Part shown: positions 56,601 to 64,000 of the stretch, one piece after another
Layout of the letters: each line of letters begins with the position of its first letter
Numbering within the stretch: position 1 is the stretch's first letter
Source of the DNA: Dimorphilus gyrociliatus
Lineage: Eukaryota > Animalia > Annelida
Reading direction: 5' to 3'
Assembly (NCBI GenBank): GCA_904063045.1
Contig: CAJFCJ010000007.1
Coordinates: 1,570,873 to 1,634,872, forward strand
Length of the DNA: 64,000 nucleotides
Program-made: the position numbers and the translations under genes
Notes under the pieces: generated by a model
Told to the model about the DNA's origin: nothing
Databases searched by the model: none
The model's input: the letters and a program-made list of their open reading frames with translations, nothing else

Positions 56601-59600
56601 GCTTCGGACGCAGTGTCAGGTTGTGGCGTGCAAGATGGTGTTGGAGTAGACGGTGGTTGTGAACCAACCGAAGAAGCCGAAGAGGGTCTTTGTTGCTCGC
56701 CGCTTTGCTGATTGTCTATTGGAACCGGTCTTTGTTGTTGAAGTCGCGGTTGGAAAGGTGGTCTTGGCGACGAATAGCTTGGAGTGTCAGCAAAAGGATT
56801 ACTGACATTCACGGATGATGAAGAAGCCGGAGGAGCAACAGAACTCATATTGTTATTTGGCATATTCGGCATATTATGAGAGATATTCGGCGGCATATTA
56901 GGAGGAACGTTCTGAGGCGGCATGTTGCTCATTGGAGGCATATTTTGCGGCATGCTCTGGGGCATATTCTGAGGCATATTTTGACCCATATTCTGAGGCA
57001 TATTTTGACCCATATTCTGAGGCATATTTTGACCCATATTCTGAGGCATATTTTGACCCATATTCTGAGGCATATTTTGACCCATATTTGGGGGCATACC
57101 ATGACCCATTGGCATACCTGGTGCCATATTTGGCGGCATCACTAGTTGACTTTGATTCGGAGCACCTGTATTCAATTAACGGGAATTAGAACCAGTAATT
57201 TTTAGTAAAATACATCAATGAAGAAAAAACGTCAGAAAATGAAGCTATTTTGTATCTAGTTTCTCACTCGATTCATTATTTATGCTATGCAAAAGCACTT
57301 CTTCCTCACAAATCGGGGATTCCTCCTCGACTTCAAGGCTTTTTTGCTTATTCACTTTTTCATTTACGTCGTTCTTACATTCAGTCGAATCAATTACTTC
57401 CGTCCGCGAGCAATTAGGAACTTTACCGCCTTCCAAAGTCCCCGTAATTGTATCTAGCATTTCATTATTGGCACCGCTCGGTGCGAAGTCGAAGTCGTTA
57501 ATGAATTTGCATGGTTTCGACTTTCTTACACAGTGTTTTACTAGTGATTTTACATCATTATGAGAGCTTTCTTGGTCATTCGTAACAGATAATGAACAAA
57601 CTAACAAATGTTTGTTAGTTTAATACTGAGCTAAGGTAGGAAAAAAAATAAAAGATAACTTACCTTGAGGTGGATTTTGCCGATTTCGTTCCTTTTTTCC
57701 CGATAATGCATCCACCTTAGCAATTATCGGATTTGGATCGATACCACCCAACTCATACTTGCATTCAAAAGGGAATATGTGTTTGATATAATTCTTCTTG
57801 AGGGTGAAACCAGCAGAACCAGAAGAACCAATGTTGATTGCTGTACAAACTTCTCGCCATTTTCGCATTTTGCTAACCTCTAGTAATCCTCCTCTTTCTT
57901 TTACCGCCTTGTATAAACGGAACAAGTCAATAACTTGCTTACTAACACAAGGCATTGCTGTAATTGTAGAACCCCTTTCTTCATGAAAAGCGAAAAGACG
58001 TTCTAACCAGGGTTTTCTATCTGGTTCATCGCCCATATCAAACATTCTGGTTACATTATCATTAGCTGATATTTTTGGTGCATTAGAGGATGGAGTCCAC
58101 GGTGACATTCCGTCATCCTCATGCATAGATGGTGAGGGTGATGGAGCAGCTAGACTAGCCGGAGTAGGAGGGTCTCCAGTGGCCGTGGCAGATTTCCTGC
58201 ATTTGTCCGGCAGTGAATCTTGACTGTTGCTATTCTCTGCAGGACTCGGCTCTCCGGGTTTTACACTCATACCTGTACTACCCTCACTACTTGCGTCCGT
58301 TTCCGCAGTTAAAGTTGGGGGTGGTGGTCCCTGATGCTGTTGAGGGGGTGGCTGCTGCTGTTGCGGCTGTTGTTGTTGTGGTGGTGGCGGTGGTTGCTGC
58401 TGCTGTTGTTGCTGCTGTTGTTGTTGTTGTTGTGGAGGCCACTGCTGAGGAGGAGCCTGTTGAGGTTCTGCCATTGGCCATTGTCCACCAGCACCCCCAT
58501 ACCGTGGTTTCATGTATTGATTCTGCATAGGGCGCTGTTGTTGCGGATATCCATACGTGGGCTGTTGTTGCTGTTGAGGGTATCCGTTGTTAGGCATCCT
58601 CATATACTGCATTCGATGAAAATAGGGGTTATTGTATTGCCCAATGGAGGGTTTATATGCTGCCGGAGTTGGTGGAGGCATCATTTGTTGACCTGATTAA
58701 AACGAAAGCACAAATTTATCTTGAGAAACATCAATACAGCAAAAAATAATTTGATAGCGCATAAGAAAACGTAAAGCAGTAAAATCGGCTTCTATTGTCG
58801 GAAAAAGACTGAGTGTCACTGACCCAATTACCGACATTTCATAGAGGTCGTTCGAGCGAGAGCGCAACAACTTCAATGAGGCTTTTTCACGGCAAAGCGG
58901 ATCAAGTTACCGCCCAGTTATAATGAGATCTACACGGCAAACAACAGCTGACATACTCGGTCGTACTTTTACTTTCGATTTCGAACCAATATAATCAAAT
59001 TTCTAATAATCTCATTAATTCCCAAAAATAGACAGCAGAACAAGTAACGCCATCAAGCGGTTATATGTCGTATGAGATGTATTGAAAATGAAGAAATGTC
59101 GAAACTGCTTACCCGTTTGAGGATGGAGTTGTTGTTGCTGAGGCATTGGACTATTGCTTGCAGCTGGGGTATTAGAACGAGAGGATCCACCACTTGGGGA
59201 TTGAGTTGGTCTCGAACCATTCTTCTCTTCCTCTTCCTCACCGTTTTGAGTTCTTTCCTAAATTAAAAATTAATTTTTAATTAAAGAAAATAAAATACTT
59301 TCGAGTATTTCTTTCTAGCAATTGTACATGTTGGAATAGAAAAGAAACCAACTGCCCGCGTATTATATAAGCGATGAATAATGCGCGGCGCGTGAGTAAT
59401 TCAATAAAGGTCTCTTGCGAAAAATTCATTAGAGAATCACTAAGGCTTGCGCACACGGTCTACTTTTCGGAGAAGGAACTACTAGAAGAAGTTGGACGAC
59501 AGGTGAACAGACGATACGCATCTAGACTCTTTGAAAGCGGACACTAGCAGCTGTATTTCTGCTAACGCTTTCGCTCCCGCGCGCCTTCATATCCGTTTGC

Positions 59601-61219
59601 ATTAGATTAATACATACAATATACATATTCTTTCTACATTTCATACACGTTATTTAAAATATCAATAGAGTGGCTTGCGCAATAAAGGTTTATCATCAAC
59701 AAAATTCGCCGGTTATATCATAAAAGAATGATTGAGAAAAGGACTTGGCAACTTGCCCAGCTCCTGTCGTCCTTCTCAAAAGCGTTAATTTCACTGGTGG
59801 ACAAGACTGTAAAAACCCTCAATGTATCATCCTCAGTTTTTGGGAGAAGGATTGGTACCGGGAGGTCTACGAAACGCATCGATTCGCCGTTAAAAAAGGA
59901 GGAAAATCAATTTGCATAAAAGTAGTACCGGCACTGGCACAAAGAGAATTCGGATCGTCGTTGTCGTTTTTTTCCCCAACGATTCTCTGCTTATACAAAC
60001 TCGTCTATCGAGCACATACCATTAGAGTCTAACATTAAAATAGATTCGGGTATAATCTACATCAAAAGGGAGCATTTTAAATAATATTTTCGGAATGAAA
60101 TTTTGCAAACAGCCGGTTTGAAATCATTGTTATTGTTTTTTTTAAACTATTATCTTATTTCTCGTCCCGTTCACTATTTTCCCAATATGGAACAGCGGTA
60201 AAATATAAAAAATAGTAATAGAATACGACAAAGGCACAATATTAAGTTGCATATAAAGCTAGATGTCGCTGTTCTACTAAAAAGTTTCCGTTTAACAGAA
60301 AATGCATTAAGAAGGAAAAAGAACATACTTTTACGCCATCTGCCGCTACTGTGCCATTAGCATAAGGAGTTTCATTAGTTGCAGGTTGAGGATGGGCATT
60401 GGTTGACTTGTCGTCATTGCAGTTTTGATTCGTAGGCATACCATAAACAGGTTGCTGCTGAGGTGGCATCTGAAAAAAAAGTTTCAGCATTCACATACAA
60501 AAACGATTTCTTTTTCTCTTGAAAAAACCTGCTGTTGGTAAGCCTGGCCGTTAGGCTGTATGTGGTGACCATATCCAGCATACTGCGGAGGATAAGGAGA
60601 TTGCTGAGCGTAATTCATGTTAGGTCGTCCGTCGTGTTGCGGCTGAAAGAGAGGAAGTTGCGGTCAGAAAAATTAACATAGCGAAACTAGAGTACTACGG
60701 CTTCGGGAGCGTGGAATTCTCGGTAAGCCTACAATCTCTTAAATAAATACACCAACTGGCGTCGTGTTCGCGCCGCGAAAAAAGGTGATTGAGTGCAATT
60801 CCCGGGCTAATCTGCATACGCTCAACAGCATCCATCCAATCATAGACTGTTGCCAACGACGCTCGAAATTTTTTTCCTACTATACACGTGTCATTGTTGT
60901 TTTCATTCATACGACGACGGAAGGGGGAGGGAAAAAATGATAAATAATAAGGACGAAAGACGACGTCGAACAACAACGTCACCTGGTAATGGAACGGTGG
61001 TGGACCACCACCCCTCCAATCGTCGTAACGAACAGCGTTATTCGTCAATAACTGATTCAGCGTCGGTGTCTGCTGAGGAGGCCTATAAACGTGCCTATAA
61101 TCGTAATTATCCCACTGATATCCGGCGCCCTGATAAGGCTGGGTAGGGGGAACGGAATCCTTCGTTTTAGTATTCCTTCCATCTTGATCGATGTTATTAC
61201 TATCTACGTCTGTACTCAT
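53668..61219 (-). CDS. ARID1: ARID1/osa BAF complex subunit (Q/P-rich N-terminus, ARID, BAF250_C)
   Basis: TPTLNQLL, ARID domain (RKPWLERLF...DLFRLYKAVKERGGLLEV..RKWRE...LKKNYIKHIFPFEC), RRRLTPKDLG.VDPWRLIVALKSGLIGESSWALDVLN, SPDMMGTSLDMLRRAAKAL...LVMSQILDQ. Exons phase-consistent. Confidence 0.94.
56963..57082 (-). repeat. Coding minisatellite: 5 perfect 24-bp units encoding (MGQNMPQN)5 in ARID1
   Basis: catattctgaggcatattttgacc repeated five times without mismatch. Confidence 0.92.
58394..58432 (-). repeat. CAA/CAG polyglutamine tract (Q13) in ARID1
   Basis: Mixed CAA/CAG run read directly, matching WPP-Q13-PPPPP in the ORF translation. Confidence 0.9.
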
Positions 61220-61992
61220 AATTTTTTCCTTAAATCCTTACCGCTTCAATTCAGAGTCTTTGGAAAGGACGAAGAGAGCATGATAAAGGCACCACCCAGA
61301 AAATAGTCCACACACAACAGATTTTTCACATTCTTCGATTATTTCGAATAGGAGATAGTAGCGCCAAAGTCGCACGTGTTTCGACGATCGCCCAGCCAGC
61401 GGAGTCGGGTAAAACTTGTACAGAATGGCTGTGCCGCTCTTATCATAAACTGGCGCTGCAAATCAATACAAGGCAACGTCGTGCTAATGTATGGGACTAC
61501 TTTTATCGCGGAATAAGACGTTCAAAAGTAATGTATTTTTATTTTCAATTCTATTCAATATTTTGCATAACCTACCATATTTAACAAAAAGCTCACAGTT
61601 AATTTTATAAGTAATAATTTTTCAAACTTACGGAGATTTACCAATCTGGGTTTCGGACTATTTTTAACACCGCCGCTTCTTGCTCAACGCGTAAGAATAA
61701 AAATTTTCATCGGTTGTGCGACTGAGGCAGAGAACGCAAAGCTTTTGAAAAAAGAATTCGGGAGGCTGAATGTATCAGCTAATTGGAATATAGGCCTATA
61801 AGGCGCGAATATTTGTGGCGCGCTGTAGAAATTTTCAAAATTTTAGACTAGAATATGTTTCATGTTCTTTAAACATAAAAAACGACGTTTCAACGAAAGT
61901 CACTAAATAATAGATTATTTAATAAAAAGCAACCACTGCTAGCACGCCAGGTGCGGGTGTCAGCCTATGTACAGGCAGCGGCGGTATAGCTG

Positions 61993-62000
61993 TGACGTCA
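61993..62000. promoter_or_regulatory. Perfect CRE palindrome upstream of ARID1
   Basis: TGACGTCA within a GC-richer patch about 780 bp upstream of the ARID1 ATG. Confidence 0.35.
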
Positions 62001-62591
62001 GAGAGCGCAATCTATACAATTGAGAACGGCGTGCTGTTTATCATTTAGCGCACACACTAGTCTTTCGAACGCCACAACTGCCATCTCGTCGAATCGAAAG
62101 TAACCGGTGCCTTTTCGTTTTCATGACCACCATGTTCTACCCTTCCCACATTACTTTTTCTGCGTATACGGCTGTTTCCGTTATAAACCTTACTCCCTCT
62201 TTAGCCAACTCGGCAATTGCTCTATTTCAGATGTAAACTGCTCTATTCAGTTGCCCTTTTTTATGAAAATTTAAGTTACTGCCATGCTAAATCTAAGTCT
62301 TTAAGAACAGCGTTGTTTGTTCATGTTTGAAAAGGTTGGATTTATTTGCAGGTGAGTGTGTTTGAGAACAGACGCCGATAAATTACTACTAGCGACATCT
62401 GGCGAATATGTTTAAATTGCGGCGCCAAATGTATGGGTTTTTCCAAATGTAACAGAGGGCGCGTAAATATTTTTGTTGAAGACTTAGAAAAAGTTTTATC
62501 AAAATTAATTTTCTCTAAACTGTAAATGATTTTATTAAATAGCCAAAAATATATATGCATACATTAATAGTAAAAATAATTATGAAAAAAG

Positions 62592-63191
62592 TCAGTAGGG
62601 TTTCACAGAAGTTAGTGCTTCTCGAATCAAGTCGATATTAAAAGGTGACGAAAGACCGCTTGCAGTTTTTTGTGCGATATTTTGTTCAATATAAGAGATA
62701 GCTTTGAGAACACTCTCGTAGTCACCAACAATTTTAAATTCAGGAGTTCCAAGAATACTCGGTGAGTCTACTTCAACATTTGCAATTCTCTTGATGGTTT
62801 GAATTGTACTTCCGCCTTTTCCTATAGTTAAACCAATATGTCTGTATCTAACAGGATGTCGATATTCAATCATAGGTTTGTTAGAACGCTTATGAATTGT
62901 TTGTTGACTCTGTATACGGTCTACCTCTTTCTCAATTTCCGAGACGGCACATTGTACATTTTCCGGTGAGCCTTGAACACAGAATACTGATTCTTCGTGC
63001 CTTTTCGGCGTTGTAATCTTGGTATTTGTTTCAGAAATAATTTTCATTATCTTACAGCCTTTAGTACCAACAATCTGAGATACATATTCACTATTTGGAA
63101 CTTGAACCTTTTCCATAACGTCTTCTGTTGAAAAATTTCTCATTGCCAGACATTTGCTGAAAAGAATTCTGTAATGTTCGAGATCTGTCAT
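62592..63191 (-). CDS. Compact, divergent MEX3-like tandem-KH RNA-binding protein without RING, intronless
   Basis: VQVPNSEYVSQIVGTKGCKI...TNTKITTP...ESVFCVQG and VRYRHIGLTIGKGGSTI align with MEX3 KH1 ([20 protein letters not shown]) and KH2. AATAAA about 56 nt after the stop. Confidence 0.75.
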   Translation of the reverse strand: MTDLEHYRILFSKCLAMRNFSTEDVMEKVQVPNSEYVSQIVGTKGCKIMKIISETNTKITTPKRHEESVFCVQGSPENVQCAVSEIEKEVDRIQSQQTIHKRSNKPMIEYRHPVRYRHIGLTIGKGGSTIQTIKRIANVEVDSPSILGTPEFKIVGDYESVLKAISYIEQNIAQKTASGLSSPFNIDLIREALTSVKPY

Positions 63192-63848
63192 CTTCTATTC
63201 GTCTGAAGGAACTTTTCGCTATTAATCAGCTTAATGATTTTTATACGCGAATAGGCGGGGCAATTGGAGATGGCTAACTCTCATTGGATAATCAAGAAGC
63301 TTGTAGTAAATTTATTATTTATATACTTAAAATTATCATTATTTATTTTTAAAGATATAATAGTAATAAAACTATTATAAAATTAATTAATAACCATTTT
63401 TAATATATCTTTTATCAGTAATAATAAAATAATAAAATAATTAATAGAAATAATTGAAATTTCTATAAAACCTACTTAAAAATGATCTTTTCTTTTTTTT
63501 TGTCGTTTCGTATGGTTTGAAGAACTAACTGAAATTATAATAAAGTAATGGCATATGGGCAATATCTATCGGCACGTTAGCACACGCTACCGATACTTAC
63601 CTATCGTGTCCCACAAATTATTGCGTAATGAACAAGCTTTTTATCAAGATCATTATATAAACTAATCCGTTTATCGCATGCTGACACGATAGACAAGTAG
63701 TCGACTCTATAGCTACTCGTTTTTCGCATCCTGTTATCTTAGATAACTTCATTTAGAAACAATTACTACTACAAATTATAACGGACTGTATTAGGTAAAT
63801 TAATTAAATTTTTTAAACTTTAGAGACGATGTGTATCGTAACAGTTTT

Positions 63849-64000
<152 letters not shown>

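Noticed and set aside
56053-58696. Many overlapping antisense and alternate-frame ORFs over the Q/P-rich ARID1 exons (also over KRI1, GLTP and FHOD)
   Set aside because: Shadow ORFs of low-complexity or stop-poor coding sequence, with no independent domain signal.
63300-63470. Extremely AT-rich block with AAT periodicity between MEX3-like and OSER1
   Set aside because: No defined repeat unit or terminal inverted repeats; ordinary low-complexity spacer.

Overview
AT-rich, very gene-dense animal genomic DNA with about 21 protein-coding genes, mostly 45-65 nt introns and intergenic gaps often under 250 bp. This architecture fits a miniaturised invertebrate genome such as the annelid Dimorphilus (inference only). 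Genes in order: partial coiled-coil gene, RIIa-domain protein, DUF1399/GRDP-like protein, SLC7 transporter, cytosolic carboxypeptidase 2/3 (AGBL2/3), TMX2, an orphan ORF, SLC22 transporter, CHMP2B, a divergent METTL16, KRI1, GLTP, a DEG/ENaC channel, FHOD formin, Roquin, SCAF4/8, an achaete-scute bHLH gene, ARID1/osa, a MEX3-like KH protein and the 3' end of OSER1. I found no tRNA, rRNA, CRISPR array or recognisable transposon. The most notable unexplained structure is hidden alternative splicing inside the few long introns. FHOD carries candidate 9-nt and 6-nt microexons in FH2, 45-nt and 60-nt cassettes, a DAD-truncating stop exon and a giant N-terminal module. ARID1 has a candidate 333-nt in-frame cassette exon. 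AGBL2/3 has modular phase-1 5' exons and two alternative 3' ends. The achaete-scute gene sits in a dense cluster of Hes-type CACGCG, Su(H), E-box, NRF1-type and TAGGCCTA motifs. All exon structures were deduced by hand from splice signals and reading phase, and all family calls come from recalled motifs, not database searches.
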